Assembly (NCBI GenBank): GCA_964513245.1
Contig: CAZELO010000009.1
Coordinates: 15,249-79,248, forward strand
DNA length: 64,000 bases
Reading direction: 5' to 3'
From: an uncultured Candidatus Bathyarchaeia archaeon
Lineage (GTDB): Archaea; Thermoproteota; Bathyarchaeia; Bathyarchaeales; DTEX01
Below, piece after piece: positions 18,815 to 30,064 of this stretch. The translations under genes and the position numbers were made by a program. The notes below the pieces were generated by a model, which saw only the letters and a program-made list of their open reading frames with translations, ran no database searches and was not told the DNA's origin. The stretch's first letter is position 1; the number at the start of each line of letters is the position of its first letter.

Positions 18815-19540
18815 TTACGTCTTCTCCAGACTTCTCAAGCTTTGCTCAAACGCCTGTATGGCTTCCACCAGATTGTTCCTAGTTATGAACGAGCCGACAA
18901 CAGCCTCCCCTGCTCCAGCCTTGGCAGCCGTAATGATCGTTCTTGGGTCTATCCCGCCGTCAACCTCTATCAGTTTTAGCGGGAACCGCCGAGAGAAGTC
19001 CGCAATCCTCCGAGTGGCTTCGTCGCCGTATTTTTGGCCGCCCTGCCCCATCGGCACGGACATTATCAGCAGCGTGTCTGCGGCTTCCACTATCTTTTTT
19101 GTGAGCGCACGGGTGGGGGTTGGAAGATCGAGGCATATTCCAGCTTCATAGCCGTATTTCTTCAAGAGGCCCAACGCCTCGATTGTCTCGCGTTCAGAGG
19201 TGAAGGATTCTCTCTGTATGATGATTATGGTTTTGGCTCTGTCTTTCTCTGGCACGAAGCCGTTGATCTCTTCAACTATCGGAAACGGCTCGTTAACCAT
19301 GAGGTGAAACCCCATGAGCACCTTATCGGACAGCTTCACATATAATTGCTTCATCAGTTGTGTTGAGAACTTGGTCGTGTTGGGTATCAACGGCGGCCTC
19401 ATGACATCGACATGGACGCGGTGAATCTTCCCTGTTTCAACAATCCTGACTATCTTGGGCAGAGACTCGGATCTGGAAAGGTCATCCGAATGCGTTGCAA
19501 GGTCAGGTTCATACTCAAGGATCGAAAGCGAGATCGACAT
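18815..19540 (-). CDS. rpe: ribulose-phosphate 3-epimerase
   Basis: HVDVM and LIMSVPMGQGGQKY (RPE MSVNPGFGGQ motif), VDGGI; start at internal Met. Confidence 0.7.
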   Translation of the reverse strand: MSISLSILEYEPDLATHSDDLSRSESLPKIVRIVETGKIHRVHVDVMRPPLIPNTTKFSTQLMKQLYVKLSDKVLMGFHLMVNEPFPIVEEINGFVPEKDRAKTIIIIQRESFTSERETIEALGLLKKYGYEAGICLDLPTPTRALTKKIVEAADTLLIMSVPMGQGGQKYGDEATRRIADFSRRFPLKLIEVDGGIDPRTIITAAKAGAGEAVVGSFITRNNLVEAIQAFEQSLRSLEKT

Positions 19541-19607
19541 GTTCATCCAATACAAAAATGTAAAAGCCACAAATAACATTTTAGTGCTTGGAGAAGAGGC
19601 CTAAGAC

Positions 19608-21152
19608 ATGGTTAGGGCGGATTATTTCGTCGGGATCGACAACGGCACGCAGAGCACAAAAACAATAGTCGTGAACGGCAACACGGGCCAAGTAGTTGGA
19701 AAGGCAACAAAAAACTACGGGCTAATAGAGGGTCTGCCACCCGGTTACAAGGAACAGGACCCGACAGTCTGGATCGAAGCCCTGCACGAAACCATGAAAA
19801 GAGTGCTGGAAAAGGCAAAGATCGATCCGAAAGACGTGAAAGCCATCGGCGTATCCGGACAGCAACACGGGTTGGTTCCCTTAGACGAGAACGGGAACGT
19901 CATTCGCCCCGTTAAACTGTGGAACGACACCAGCACCTTCAAAGAATGCGAACACTTGACCCGGAAACTCGGCGGCAAAAAGGTAGTCATAAAACTTCTG
20001 GGGCTCACGATTCCTCCGGGTTTCACGGCGTCGAAGATTCTTTGGCTGAGGAACCGCGAGCCAGACAACTACAAGAGGCTCAGGACAGTTCTCCTGCCGC
20101 ATGATTATTTGAATTTCTATCTGACGGGCAGGAAGGTGATGGAGTACGGCGACGCTTCAGGAACCGCCCTTATGAACATCCGAACCCGAACGTGGAGCAA
20201 AGAAATCTTAGAAGCCATTGACCCACGCCTAGATGAAAAGCTTCCGCCACTGCAGAGCTCAGACGAACCTGCTGGCAGAATCAGAAAGGAGATTGGCGGA
20301 GCCTTCGGGTTCAACGAAGATGTTCTTGTCAGCGCAGGCGGAGGCGACAACATGATGGGCGCCATAGGCACGGGAAACACGCGGAGGGGCATAGTCACCG
20401 CAAGCCTCGGAACCTCTGGCACAATATATGCATACTCGGGCGTCCCTGTTGTCGACCCTGAAGGCGAAATAGCTGCCTTCTGTGACTCTACCAACGCTTG
20501 GTTGCCGTTGCTTTGCACGATGAATGTCACGGTAGCAACTGAGCTTGTTAGAGGTCTCTTCGGTCTGTCACATGACGAGTTGACAGAAGCCGTTAATGAG
20601 GCGCCCGTAGGCTCGGACGGTTTGATACTTCTACCTTACTTCGAAGGGGAGAGGACGCCCAATGTTCCCGATGGGACAGGTGTTTTCTACGGGTTGAACA
20701 GTCGGACCTTCAGCAAGGCTCATCTTGTCCGCTCGGCGATGGAGGGCGCGACGATGGGCATGAACTATGGATTGAACAGAATGAGGGCTTTGGGCATAGA
20801 GCCCGCCCAGATAAGGTTGACAGGCGGAGGTTCGAAAAACAGGGCTTGGCGGCAAATAGCAGCCGATGTTTTCGGTGTGGAGGTTGTCTGTCTGAAGATA
20901 GATGAGGGCGCAGCTTACGGGGCGGCGTTGCAGGCACTCTGGACATACCGCAACCAAGTTGGCGAGAAAACAAGCATTCGAGACGTAACTGACCGCTACG
21001 TGGAAGTTGACGGGGAAACTTTGACTTCTCCGAGACAGCCCAATGTTGCAAGGTACAAAGCCCTTCAAACGATTCAGGACAGTCTAAGCAAGGATCTCAG
21101 GAAAACCTTCGGCTCGCACAGAAAGTATCTGGATGGACACATAGCTAGATAA
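19608..21152 (+). CDS. FGGY-family carbohydrate kinase (xylulokinase-like)
   Basis: FVGIDNGTQSTK N-terminus, 514 aa; adjacent to rpe. Confidence 0.7.
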   Translation: MVRADYFVGIDNGTQSTKTIVVNGNTGQVVGKATKNYGLIEGLPPGYKEQDPTVWIEALHETMKRVLEKAKIDPKDVKAIGVSGQQHGLVPLDENGNVIRPVKLWNDTSTFKECEHLTRKLGGKKVVIKLLGLTIPPGFTASKILWLRNREPDNYKRLRTVLLPHDYLNFYLTGRKVMEYGDASGTALMNIRTRTWSKEILEAIDPRLDEKLPPLQSSDEPAGRIRKEIGGAFGFNEDVLVSAGGGDNMMGAIGTGNTRRGIVTASLGTSGTIYAYSGVPVVDPEGEIAAFCDSTNAWLPLLCTMNVTVATELVRGLFGLSHDELTEAVNEAPVGSDGLILLPYFEGERTPNVPDGTGVFYGLNSRTFSKAHLVRSAMEGATMGMNYGLNRMRALGIEPAQIRLTGGGSKNRAWRQIAADVFGVEVVCLKIDEGAAYGAALQALWTYRNQVGEKTSIRDVTDRYVEVDGETLTSPRQPNVARYKALQTIQDSLSKDLRKTFGSHRKYLDGHIAR

Positions 21153-21169
21153 GGCAACATGCCTTTTTT

Positions 21170-22819
21170 ATGCGTTGGAAAGCGTTTTTATCTCCCCGTC
21201 CCGTCACATTCCACGATGGACGGATGAACCCAGAGACCGACAAAGCCAACAGAGAGATCATAGACCGCCTCATGCAGATCCCGAGCCCAACACTGCGAGA
21301 CGTCAGCCTTGCCAAGATAAAAATTGCTGGAAAATACAGGCTAAGCGCGGTTCCATCAAACTCTGAGCTCATCCGATGCCTCAAGCCAGAAGAACAAGGC
21401 AAGATGCTGAAAGTCCTAAAACGGAAATTAGTCCGCATAGCTTCAGGTATCGCCGTAATAGCCGTTATGGCTAAGCCCTGGCCATGCCCCCATAAGGAAC
21501 CGTGCGCCTATTGTCCCGGCGGACCGTCCAAAGGTGCACCCCAAAGTTACACGGGGCACGAGCCGGCTTCTATGCGGGGACTGCAGAATAATTTTGATCC
21601 ATACCGCCAAGTTCGGCACCGGATTGAACAGTTAGAGGCGATTGGGCACGTGGTTGACAAGGTCGAGCTGATCGTTATGGGCGGGACGTTTCCAGCCATG
21701 CCCTCGGACTACCAAGCCCACTTCATCCAAAGGTGTTTGGATGCAATGACCGGCCGTCCGTCCAGTTGTCTTGAAGAAGCAAAGAGCCTTGCTGAAACCA
21801 GCCTGATCAGGAACGTAGGCATCACTGTCGAGACGAGGCCTGATTGGGCGAAAGAAGCAAATGTGGATCGCATGTTGTCGATGGGCGTGACGCGCGTAGA
21901 GATAGGCGTCCAGAACATATACGATGACATTTACGAACGGGTGAACCGAGGTCACACCCTGAAAGACGTGGTCGAGGCAACGCGGATTCTTAAGGACTGC
22001 GGGCTCAAAGTCGTCTATCACATGATGCCCGGTCTGCCCGGCTCCAGCTTAGAACGCGACCTCGAAGCCTTCAAACGCATATTTGCAGATCCGCTCTTCA
22101 AGCCTGACATGCTGAAAATTTATCCGTGTCTGGTAATTGAGGGAACAAAACTCTACCAGTGGTGGAAAGAGGGCAACTATAAGCCCTATACGACTGATGA
22201 AGCCGCTTCGCTTGTCGCTGAAATCAAGAAAATCGTCCCAGAATGGATCCGCATCATGCGTGTCCAACGAGACATACCCGCATACCTGATCACAGACGGC
22301 GTCAAGCGGAGCAACCTTCGCGAACTGGCCCTAGACAGACTCAAGGAGCAGGGCATGAGGTGCCGCTGCATAAGGTGCCGCGAGGCTGGTCACAGATGGC
22401 TGAAAGATGGCGTGAAGCCTGACCCTGAGAACGTGCAGATTCGAACAACGGCGTATGAGGCTTCTGAGGGCACGGAGCTCTTCATTTCAGCCGAGGACCT
22501 AGCAAACGATGTGCTTGTTGGCTACGTGAGGCTAAGGCTGCCGTCCGAGAAGGCGTACAGACCAGAAATCTCAGGTGCGAATGCGGTTCTGATCAGGGAA
22601 CTACGTGTCCTTGGCCCTCTTGTCCCAGTTGGCAAACATCTTAGAGACGCTTATCAGCACAAGGGGCTCGGGGCGCTGCTCCTCGAAAAAGCGGAAGAGT
22701 CCAGCATAGAACGGGGTGCTGAGAAGATGCTTGTGACCAGTGCATTGGGAACGAAGCGCTATTACAGGCGGTTCGGCTACACGTACGATGGACCGTACAT
22801 GAGCAAGATGTTAAAGTAA
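21170..22819 (+). CDS. elp3: tRNA uridine(34) modification radical SAM/GNAT enzyme Elp3
   Basis: CPHKEPCAYCPGGP radical-SAM cluster, C-terminal GNAT; start may be at 21224. Confidence 0.85.
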   Translation: MRWKAFLSPRPVTFHDGRMNPETDKANREIIDRLMQIPSPTLRDVSLAKIKIAGKYRLSAVPSNSELIRCLKPEEQGKMLKVLKRKLVRIASGIAVIAVMAKPWPCPHKEPCAYCPGGPSKGAPQSYTGHEPASMRGLQNNFDPYRQVRHRIEQLEAIGHVVDKVELIVMGGTFPAMPSDYQAHFIQRCLDAMTGRPSSCLEEAKSLAETSLIRNVGITVETRPDWAKEANVDRMLSMGVTRVEIGVQNIYDDIYERVNRGHTLKDVVEATRILKDCGLKVVYHMMPGLPGSSLERDLEAFKRIFADPLFKPDMLKIYPCLVIEGTKLYQWWKEGNYKPYTTDEAASLVAEIKKIVPEWIRIMRVQRDIPAYLITDGVKRSNLRELALDRLKEQGMRCRCIRCREAGHRWLKDGVKPDPENVQIRTTAYEASEGTELFISAEDLANDVLVGYVRLRLPSEKAYRPEISGANAVLIRELRVLGPLVPVGKHLRDAYQHKGLGALLLEKAEESSIERGAEKMLVTSALGTKRYYRRFGYTYDGPYMSKMLK

Positions 22820-22993
22820 AGGCAACACGGCGCTTCCGAGATTTTAGGATTTCAGCTGTATGAGTGCGAGATGTTTTTCTTGGATAGATTTTTCCCAAGT
22901 TTGCTCAGGCAAAAGTTTTCATGCGTGGTAATGTTAATATCAGAGATTGTTCGTTGCTTAGTTAAAAGTGACAGGTGATCGGAGGCTTTTCCC

Positions 22994-24736
22994 TTGAAAT
23001 CCGCAGACAAGTATGATGCCGTTAGCGCCTTGGCACGTCGCCGTGGCTTCTTCTGGCCGTCGTACGAAATTTACGGCGGAGTCGGCGGCTTCATCAATTG
23101 GGGACCATTAGGCGCGGTCATGAAACGGAAGATCGAGGACAAGTTTAGGGAGATCTTCCTCCGCCAATTGGGCTTCTACGAGTTGGAGTCGCCGATAATT
23201 ACTCCTGAAGTCGTGTTCAAGGCTTCGGGCCACATTGAACATTTCAAAGAACTCATGGTCGAATGCGCCAAATGCAACAAGAATTTCAGAGCCGATCATC
23301 TGCTTCAAGAGAACGCCAAACTCAGTCCGCAAGACACTGACAGAATGAGTCCCGAGGAAGTCTCCAAAGCAATAAAGAAGCACGACATTAAATGCCCAGA
23401 GTGCGGCGGCGCCTTCGGCGAGCCGAAGTACTTTCTGACCATGTTCAAGACAGCGATCGGACCGTACTCAGATGCCGTCGGCTATGGGCGCCCCGAAGCG
23501 GCACAGGGCATCTTTGCCGAGTTCAAGCGGCTGTATGAGCAGGCGCGGGAGAGGCTTCCGATTGGTTTTGCAACGATCGGTCACTCTTTGAGAAACGAGA
23601 TCTCGCCGAGGCAAGGTCCGATTAGGCTTAGGGAGTTCACAATAATCGATTTAGAGTTTTTCTTTGACCCTGAGAACCCAAGGTGCCATCTTCTAGCAGA
23701 CGTAGCAGACGAGTCTTTGAGGCTGGTCCTCGCTGAGGAAAGGCTACGGGACTCGGAGGAGCCTGCTACGGTCACTGTATCCGAGGCATTGGCTAAGGGC
23801 TACATAAAGACTGAGTGGACGGCTTTCTTCATGGCGCTGGGCAAACGGTTCTTGGCAAGTCTCGGCGTTCCGGAAGACCAGCAACGTTTCATAGAGAAGC
23901 ATAGATGGGAGCGGGCGCACTACTCTTCCGAAGGCTTTGACCAAGAGATTTACTGCGACAGGTGGGGATGGACTGAGGTTTCAGGATTCAACAACCGAAC
24001 TGATTATGATCTTGCTGGTCACATGAAAGAAAGTGGCGTCGACATGCGGGTCTTCAAAGCAGACGAGAAAAAGACGATAAGAACGGAAATTGTCATCAAA
24101 CCCGTAACCGCCAAGATAGGTCCAGTCTTCAAAGAAAAGGCATCACAGGTCATGAATCTGCTTTCTAAAGCTGATCCTGAAACGATTGAGGCATCATTTG
24201 AGAAGCAAGGATTCCACATATTAGGCGAATTCAAGGTCCTGCCGGAGCATGTTGAAATCATCAAAAAAGAAAAGGAGGAGACCGGACGGCGCTTCATACC
24301 GCATGTGATTGAGCCCTCTTTTGGCTCGGACCGTCTCGCCTACGTCGCTCTTGAGCACTCATACGCGACCAAAGACGACAGAACGGTTCTCAGACTGCCC
24401 CGCGACATCGCACCCGTGCAGCTAGCCGTTCTTCCCCTCGTCAGCAAGGACGGCTTGCCAGAGAAGGCTCGGGGACTCCATGCATTGCTGATTCGCGAGG
24501 GTTTTCTGGCTGAGATTGATGAGGCGGGTTCCATTGGGCGGCGGTATGCCCGTTTTGACGAGATAGGTACTCCCCTCTGCGTGACCGTGGACTATCAGAC
24601 GCTTGAGGATGAAACCGTGACCCTGCGTGACCGAGACTCTTGGAGCCAAATCCGAGTGAAGGTAAAAGAACTCGCTAGCCTTTTGCAAGACTATTTCTGT
24701 TTCAAGTTGAACTTTGAGGATCTAGGCAAATCTTAA
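22994..24736 (+). CDS. glyS: glycine--tRNA ligase (archaeal/eukaryotic alpha2 type)
   Basis: ALARRRGFFWPSYEIYGGVGGFINWGPLG N-terminus, 580 aa. Confidence 0.9.
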   Translation: MKSADKYDAVSALARRRGFFWPSYEIYGGVGGFINWGPLGAVMKRKIEDKFREIFLRQLGFYELESPIITPEVVFKASGHIEHFKELMVECAKCNKNFRADHLLQENAKLSPQDTDRMSPEEVSKAIKKHDIKCPECGGAFGEPKYFLTMFKTAIGPYSDAVGYGRPEAAQGIFAEFKRLYEQARERLPIGFATIGHSLRNEISPRQGPIRLREFTIIDLEFFFDPENPRCHLLADVADESLRLVLAEERLRDSEEPATVTVSEALAKGYIKTEWTAFFMALGKRFLASLGVPEDQQRFIEKHRWERAHYSSEGFDQEIYCDRWGWTEVSGFNNRTDYDLAGHMKESGVDMRVFKADEKKTIRTEIVIKPVTAKIGPVFKEKASQVMNLLSKADPETIEASFEKQGFHILGEFKVLPEHVEIIKKEKEETGRRFIPHVIEPSFGSDRLAYVALEHSYATKDDRTVLRLPRDIAPVQLAVLPLVSKDGLPEKARGLHALLIREGFLAEIDEAGSIGRRYARFDEIGTPLCVTVDYQTLEDETVTLRDRDSWSQIRVKVKELASLLQDYFCFKLNFEDLGKS

Positions 24737-24827
24737 TGGGTGAAAACGGGTCCTAGGCTGAAGACAGACAAAAAACCTTTAAGTGGGAATCCACGTAAAA
24801 GCATAAAAACCATTTCGGAGCCGAGCT

Positions 24828-27548
24828 GTGATGGCAGAAGCGTTGTACGCTAAGGATGTCGAAGATGTTTTCCAAGCCCTAGAAACCAGCCCCAAAGGCT
24901 TGACAGGTGAAGAAGCCCAGAAGAGGCTTGAAGAGTACGGACCGAATGAACTGAAAGAGGCGAAGAAGGTCACTGCCCTCGATATATTGATCGATCAGTT
25001 CAAGGACATATTCGTTATTATGTTGATAGCCGCCACTGGAATCGCGTACTGGGTTGATTTCTCAAAAGGCGAAACCCCAACAGACGCCGCAGCCATAGCT
25101 GCCATCGTGATCCTCAACGCCGTTGTGGGCTTCATCCAAGAATACCGCTCAGAAAAAGCCATGGAAGCCATGAAGAAGCTAACGGCGCCGAAAGCCCATG
25201 TAATCCGAGATGGAAAAGAACTCTATATACCCGCCAAAGAAGTGGTGCCCGGCGAGGTCTTGCTGCTAGAATCAGGAGACCGCATTGCAGCGGATGCGCG
25301 GCTCATAGAGGTTGTGGACCTGAAGACGGACGAAGCGGTTCTGACCGGGGAATCCACGCCGATAGATAAGACAACGGACCCTGTGGGCGAAAAGGCTCCC
25401 ATAGGCGACAGAAAGAACATGCTCTTCATGGCAACCCACGTCACTTATGGGCGAGGCAGAGCCTTAGTGGCGTCCACTGGCATGAACACAGAATTCGGCA
25501 AGATCGCACAGATGGTGCAGGCTGTAGAAGAGGAGCAGACGCCGCTTGAACAGAAGCTAGAAAAATTCGCCAAAAAGATAGGGCTGATAGTGATCGCCGT
25601 CTGCATCGTAGTCTTCGTTTTAGAGCTTATTGACCCTGCAAGACCAGGGGATTTCGTTGAAAGTTTTCTAACCGCCGTTGCCCTAGCGGTCTCCGCCGTG
25701 CCTGAAGGGTTGCCAGCTGTTGTCACAGTCTCACTTGCTCTGGGCGCGCGTGAGCTGGCCAAACGAAACGCGATCATCAGAAAGTTGTCTTCAGCTGAAA
25801 CTCTCGGCGCGACAACCATAATCTGTTCTGACAAGACAGGCACGTTGACCAAAGGCGAGATGACGGTCCGCAAGATTTACGTGAACGGCAAAACCGTCCA
25901 AGTCACAGGGGTTGGCTATGAAGCAAAAGGCGACTTCAAACTTGGAGACAAGGAAATAGACGCCAAAAAAGACAAGAACCTATCCCTAATGCTCACGGGT
26001 TCAATGTTGTGCACCAACGCCAGCTACGACGGAAAAACCATAATCGGAGACACCACCGAAGGCGCGTTGATGGTTGCCGCAGCGAAAGCCGGGCTCAACG
26101 AGGAAGAACTGGAGAAGCAGTATCCACGGGTCCATGAGGCCCCGTTCACTTCAGAAAGGAAGTGCATGACCACCGTGCACAAAGGCTCCGATGGCAAATT
26201 TCTGGTCTTCACGAAAGGAGCGCCCGAAGTTGTTCTGCGGAACTGCATGCACATCCTCAAGGATGGAAAAGAGAAGAGGCTGACTGAAAAAGAAAGAGAG
26301 GCAATACTGAAAGCCAACGAGGACATGGCGAACGAGGCGCTCCGAGTGCTTGGAATGGCATACAAGGAAATTGCCGGCGTGGACCCCGAAAGCTTCAGCA
26401 AGAAGGGCGCCAATGCAACCTTGGAAAGCCAACTTGTCTTCATAGGCTTGGCAGGCATGATCGACCCGCCGCGGGAAGAAGCCAAAGAAGCAAACCGCCG
26501 ATGCCAAAAAGCCGGCATAAAGACCGTCATGATCACAGGAGACCACAAGCTCACAGCCGTCGCCGTGGCTAAGGAGATCGGCATGATACACAGCGGACTG
26601 GCATTTACAGGCGAAGAACTGGACAAAATGAACGATGAAGAGTTCGACAAAGTCGTGGAAGACGTATCGGTCTATGCCCGCGTCTCACCTGAACATAAGC
26701 TTCGCATAGTGAAGGCGCTAAAGAAGAAGGGACACATCGTTGCCATGACCGGCGACGGCGTAAACGACGCACCGGCGCTTAAGCAGTCAGACATCGGCGT
26801 AGCCATGGGCATCACAGGCACCGATGTGACCAAGGAAGCCGCAGACATGGTGTTGGCGGACGACAACTTCGCTACGATAGTGAACGCCGTAGAGGGCGGA
26901 CGCACAATCTACGACAACATCAGAAAGTTTTCCTTTTTCCTCTTAAGATGCAACTTCGATGAGCTGCTCGTCATCGGGACATTCGCCCTGCTCGGCTTAG
27001 AGCTCCCCCTCACCGCAGGCATGATCCTGTGGATAAACCTAGTAACCGACGGCGCACCTGCAATAGCGCTCAGCCAGGACCCGCCTGAAAAGGACGTTAT
27101 GGAACGGTCGCCGAGGAACCCCGAGGAGGGGCTGCTTCACGGCAGATTCGCGTCCATACTCGCCACTTTCGTAACGCAGTTCGTGGGAACAGCGGTCCTG
27201 TTCTACGTGGCATATTACGTATGGCACGAACCCCTTGAAGAAGCGAGGACTCTGGCATTCATTCAGGCTACGATGCAGGAACTCATCGTGGTGTGGAACT
27301 GCCGCTCAGAGAAAAAGAACGCCTTCAGAGTGGGATTCACAAACAACAAATATCTGTTGCTGGCTGTGGTCTTCTCCGGAGCCATAACCGCAATGATACC
27401 CTACACCGGAACCCTATTCGGCATCGCGCTGTTCGAGACGGCACCGATGTCTCCGATCGACTGGGCAATGGTCCTGCCATTCTCATTCGCAGGGCTCCTC
27501 GTAATGCCCGAGATCTTCTACAACAGAAAGGTTCTGCGCTGGAGGTAG
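24828..27548 (+). CDS. P2-type cation (Ca2+) transporting ATPase
   Basis: PEGLPAVVTVSLALG, DKTGTLT, TGDGVNDAPAL, 906 aa. Confidence 0.85.
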   Translation: MMAEALYAKDVEDVFQALETSPKGLTGEEAQKRLEEYGPNELKEAKKVTALDILIDQFKDIFVIMLIAATGIAYWVDFSKGETPTDAAAIAAIVILNAVVGFIQEYRSEKAMEAMKKLTAPKAHVIRDGKELYIPAKEVVPGEVLLLESGDRIAADARLIEVVDLKTDEAVLTGESTPIDKTTDPVGEKAPIGDRKNMLFMATHVTYGRGRALVASTGMNTEFGKIAQMVQAVEEEQTPLEQKLEKFAKKIGLIVIAVCIVVFVLELIDPARPGDFVESFLTAVALAVSAVPEGLPAVVTVSLALGARELAKRNAIIRKLSSAETLGATTIICSDKTGTLTKGEMTVRKIYVNGKTVQVTGVGYEAKGDFKLGDKEIDAKKDKNLSLMLTGSMLCTNASYDGKTIIGDTTEGALMVAAAKAGLNEEELEKQYPRVHEAPFTSERKCMTTVHKGSDGKFLVFTKGAPEVVLRNCMHILKDGKEKRLTEKEREAILKANEDMANEALRVLGMAYKEIAGVDPESFSKKGANATLESQLVFIGLAGMIDPPREEAKEANRRCQKAGIKTVMITGDHKLTAVAVAKEIGMIHSGLAFTGEELDKMNDEEFDKVVEDVSVYARVSPEHKLRIVKALKKKGHIVAMTGDGVNDAPALKQSDIGVAMGITGTDVTKEAADMVLADDNFATIVNAVEGGRTIYDNIRKFSFFLLRCNFDELLVIGTFALLGLELPLTAGMILWINLVTDGAPAIALSQDPPEKDVMERSPRNPEEGLLHGRFASILATFVTQFVGTAVLFYVAYYVWHEPLEEARTLAFIQATMQELIVVWNCRSEKKNAFRVGFTNNKYLLLAVVFSGAITAMIPYTGTLFGIALFETAPMSPIDWAMVLPFSFAGLLVMPEIFYNRKVLRWR

Positions 27549-27633
27549 ACAGCCAGCTCAGCCTTCGGCGTTCGCTAGGCATGAATGGTCCCCTAGCGAA
27601 GCTTTTTTCTATCGGGAGACAGTTCATGGTGAA

Positions 27634-28782
27634 GTGAGCGTTGCAGAAACTGAACCTGAAAGTACTTCATTAGGCGTTGGGAAAGGCACGGAAATGACCG
27701 AGCTAAAAAATGTCGGAAAGACGAAACAGACAGCCATACTGAAAGTGAGCCCCGAAGAGCCAGAGGCGGACAAGATTAGGCTGGCTGCCGAAGTTATCCG
27801 AAAGGGCGGCTTAGTAGCCTTCCCAACAGAAACCGTTTACGGCCTCGGGGCAGACGCCCTTAACCCGAAGGCAGTCGCGGATATCTATGCTGCCAAGAAA
27901 CGACCGCTTGACAACCCGATCATAGTGCACATAGCCAACAAAGAAGAAATCTACAGACTGACAGAGGCACCCCCAACATGCATGAAAGCGCTCATTGACA
28001 GTTTCTGGCCTGGACCGCTGACGTTGGTGCTGAAGGCTTCCAAGGTCGTTCCCAAAATAACGATGGGAGGCTTAGACACCGTGGCAATAAGGATGCCAAG
28101 CCACCAAGTAGCCCTCGCCCTCGTTGCAGAGTCCGGCGTGCCCATCGCTGCGCCAAGTGCGAACCTTGCTGGAAAGCCAAGTCCAACAACTGCAGAGCAT
28201 GTGAAGCAGGATCTTTTTGGAAGGATAGACATGATTCTGGACGCTGGACCAACAATTGTCGGCGTAGAATCAACAATCCTAGACTTGACATCAGACCCCC
28301 CACAGATATTGAGACCAGGCGGCACACCATACGAGGAGCTCCGCAGAACCCTAAGCCGAGTTGTGCTTCATCCAGCTGCAACAGCTGAAAGAAAAGTTAG
28401 ATTCACCCAAGCCCGTTCGCCAGGCACAAAGCACAAGCATTACGCGCCGAACGCCAAGATGTTCCTGATCGAAGGGAAGCCCGATGATGCTGCACGGAAG
28501 GTGCAGGAAATTGCAGACAGCCACATGAAGATGGGAAAGAAGGTCGGCATCCTAGCCACCGACGAAAGCAAAGCCGACTACAAAGCAGATGTAGTCAGGT
28601 CCTTGGGAAGCGGAGATGACCCATCCACAGCCGCGAAGAACCTTTTTAGGCTGCTCAGAGAATTCGACGAAGACAGGGTTGACATAATAGTCGCGGAGGG
28701 AATAACATCGAAGGGCTTAGGCCTAGCGGTCATGAACAGGTTGAGACGAGCCTCAGGCTACAATACCGTCAAGGCGGGTTAG
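27634..28782 (+). CDS. sua5: L-threonylcarbamoyladenylate synthase Sua5 (YrdC + Sua5 domains)
   Basis: KGGLVAFPTETVYGLGADA...KKRPLDNPIIVHI; start may be at 27694. Confidence 0.85.
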   Translation: MSVAETEPESTSLGVGKGTEMTELKNVGKTKQTAILKVSPEEPEADKIRLAAEVIRKGGLVAFPTETVYGLGADALNPKAVADIYAAKKRPLDNPIIVHIANKEEIYRLTEAPPTCMKALIDSFWPGPLTLVLKASKVVPKITMGGLDTVAIRMPSHQVALALVAESGVPIAAPSANLAGKPSPTTAEHVKQDLFGRIDMILDAGPTIVGVESTILDLTSDPPQILRPGGTPYEELRRTLSRVVLHPAATAERKVRFTQARSPGTKHKHYAPNAKMFLIEGKPDDAARKVQEIADSHMKMGKKVGILATDESKADYKADVVRSLGSGDDPSTAAKNLFRLLREFDEDRVDIIVAEGITSKGLGLAVMNRLRRASGYNTVKAG

Positions 28783-29744
28783 CTTTCGCCGTCTGCGTCT
28801 TCTCCCTCGGTGTCTTCCACGCCTTTCTCGGTTATCATGAAGCGGGTAGGCGTTTCGGGTAGATATGGGCTGTCGATCACTCTTGCGATTCTAGATCTTT
28901 TGCTTCCTTTGCGGAGAAAGACTCTGTGCGTGCATGCATGGGCCATGATGTTTCCACCCGCAGGCTTGTTTGGGTCTCCGAAGAAAGCTGTCGGATTGGC
29001 CTGAACTTGGTTTGTCAGGACGACGGATAGGTTGCAGGCTTCAGCAAGCCTAATGAGCTTGTGCAGATACTGATTCAGGTTTTGCTGCCGTTCTGAAAGG
29101 TTCTCCCGTCCGATGTATTCTCCTCTGAAGTGGCTGATCATGCTGTCGACTATGACGAGTTTCACGTTATTTTCTGGGCAGAGGGAAAAGAGTTTATCGA
29201 TCAGGAGGCATTGGTGGCTGCTGTTGTATGCCCTCGCCACGAAGATGCCGTCGGCGATGCTTCGGGGGTCCAGCCCCATCTCTGAGGCAATTTGGTATAC
29301 TCGTTCGGGCATGAATGTGCCTTCGGTGTCGATGAAGGCAACTTTGCCATTTAAGCCCCCTTTCTCATGCGGGAGCTGAGCCATGACAGAAAGTGTGAAA
29401 CATATCTGGGTTTTGCCTGAGCCGAATTCGCCTATTAGTTCGGTTATGGCTTGTGTTTCGACTCCGCCGCCTAGGGCTTCGTCCAGTTTCCTGCTTCCCG
29501 TTGTGCATTTTTTCATTGCCTTCCTTTTCTCGTAGAAGTCTTGGGCGGTTTTGAACTCGGCGGATATCATTTTCCTCGCGGCTTCTTGTGTCTTCAGTAT
29601 CGTGTTGAAGCCGATGCCTGTTTTCTCCATGATTTCGCGTGGGGGTGCCATTGCAAAGGCTTCTATGGTTGTGTATCCCGCAGTTCTGAGTTTTGATGCT
29701 GTTGTGGAGCCTACGCCGTCTAGGGATTCTAGGTCGTTCAACAT
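28779..29744 (-). CDS. radA: DNA repair and recombination protein RadA
   Basis: N-terminal HhH, Walker A GEFGSGKTQ, 321 aa. Confidence 0.9.
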   Translation of the reverse strand: MLNDLESLDGVGSTTASKLRTAGYTTIEAFAMAPPREIMEKTGIGFNTILKTQEAARKMISAEFKTAQDFYEKRKAMKKCTTGSRKLDEALGGGVETQAITELIGEFGSGKTQICFTLSVMAQLPHEKGGLNGKVAFIDTEGTFMPERVYQIASEMGLDPRSIADGIFVARAYNSSHQCLLIDKLFSLCPENNVKLVIVDSMISHFRGEYIGRENLSERQQNLNQYLHKLIRLAEACNLSVVLTNQVQANPTAFFGDPNKPAGGNIMAHACTHRVFLRKGSKRSRIARVIDSPYLPETPTRFMITEKGVEDTEGEDADGES

Positions 29745-29981
29745 TTAGATTCCCCTCCATTCGATGTTTTTGGCTGATATGCCGTTCCAACATCGTCGGC
29801 AGATCGGGAGCCTTCTACCCTTGTGCATTATGTAAAGTGCGATATCGGTGCGTCCACATTCGTGGTCCCAGGGGTTCATGCATTTCTCTTTTTCGAATGC
29901 AACAGAATTGGATATTCTAGTTCTAGGTCTCAGATTGCTCTTCTTTTTCTTCATCGGTTCAGCTCCCTTCGCTGCCCACAT
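29745..29981 (-). CDS. hypothetical small zinc-binding protein
   Basis: C-x5-H-x-C ... C-x2-C arrangement; immediately upstream of radA. Confidence 0.25.
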   Translation of the reverse strand: MWAAKGAEPMKKKKSNLRPRTRISNSVAFEKEKCMNPWDHECGRTDIALYIMHKGRRLPICRRCWNGISAKNIEWRGI

Positions 29982-30064
29982 CTGTGTTTTGGATATTTAA
30001 GGCCTCTGTGAAAGTGTGGGGGGAGGGGGTGCGAAGAAAGAATTGATGCACGGTCAAGATTGGT

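Noticed and set aside
25223-26905. Multiple minus-strand ORFs inside the Ca-ATPase gene
   Set aside because: Low-complexity antisense ORFs. The plus-strand P-type ATPase is unambiguous.
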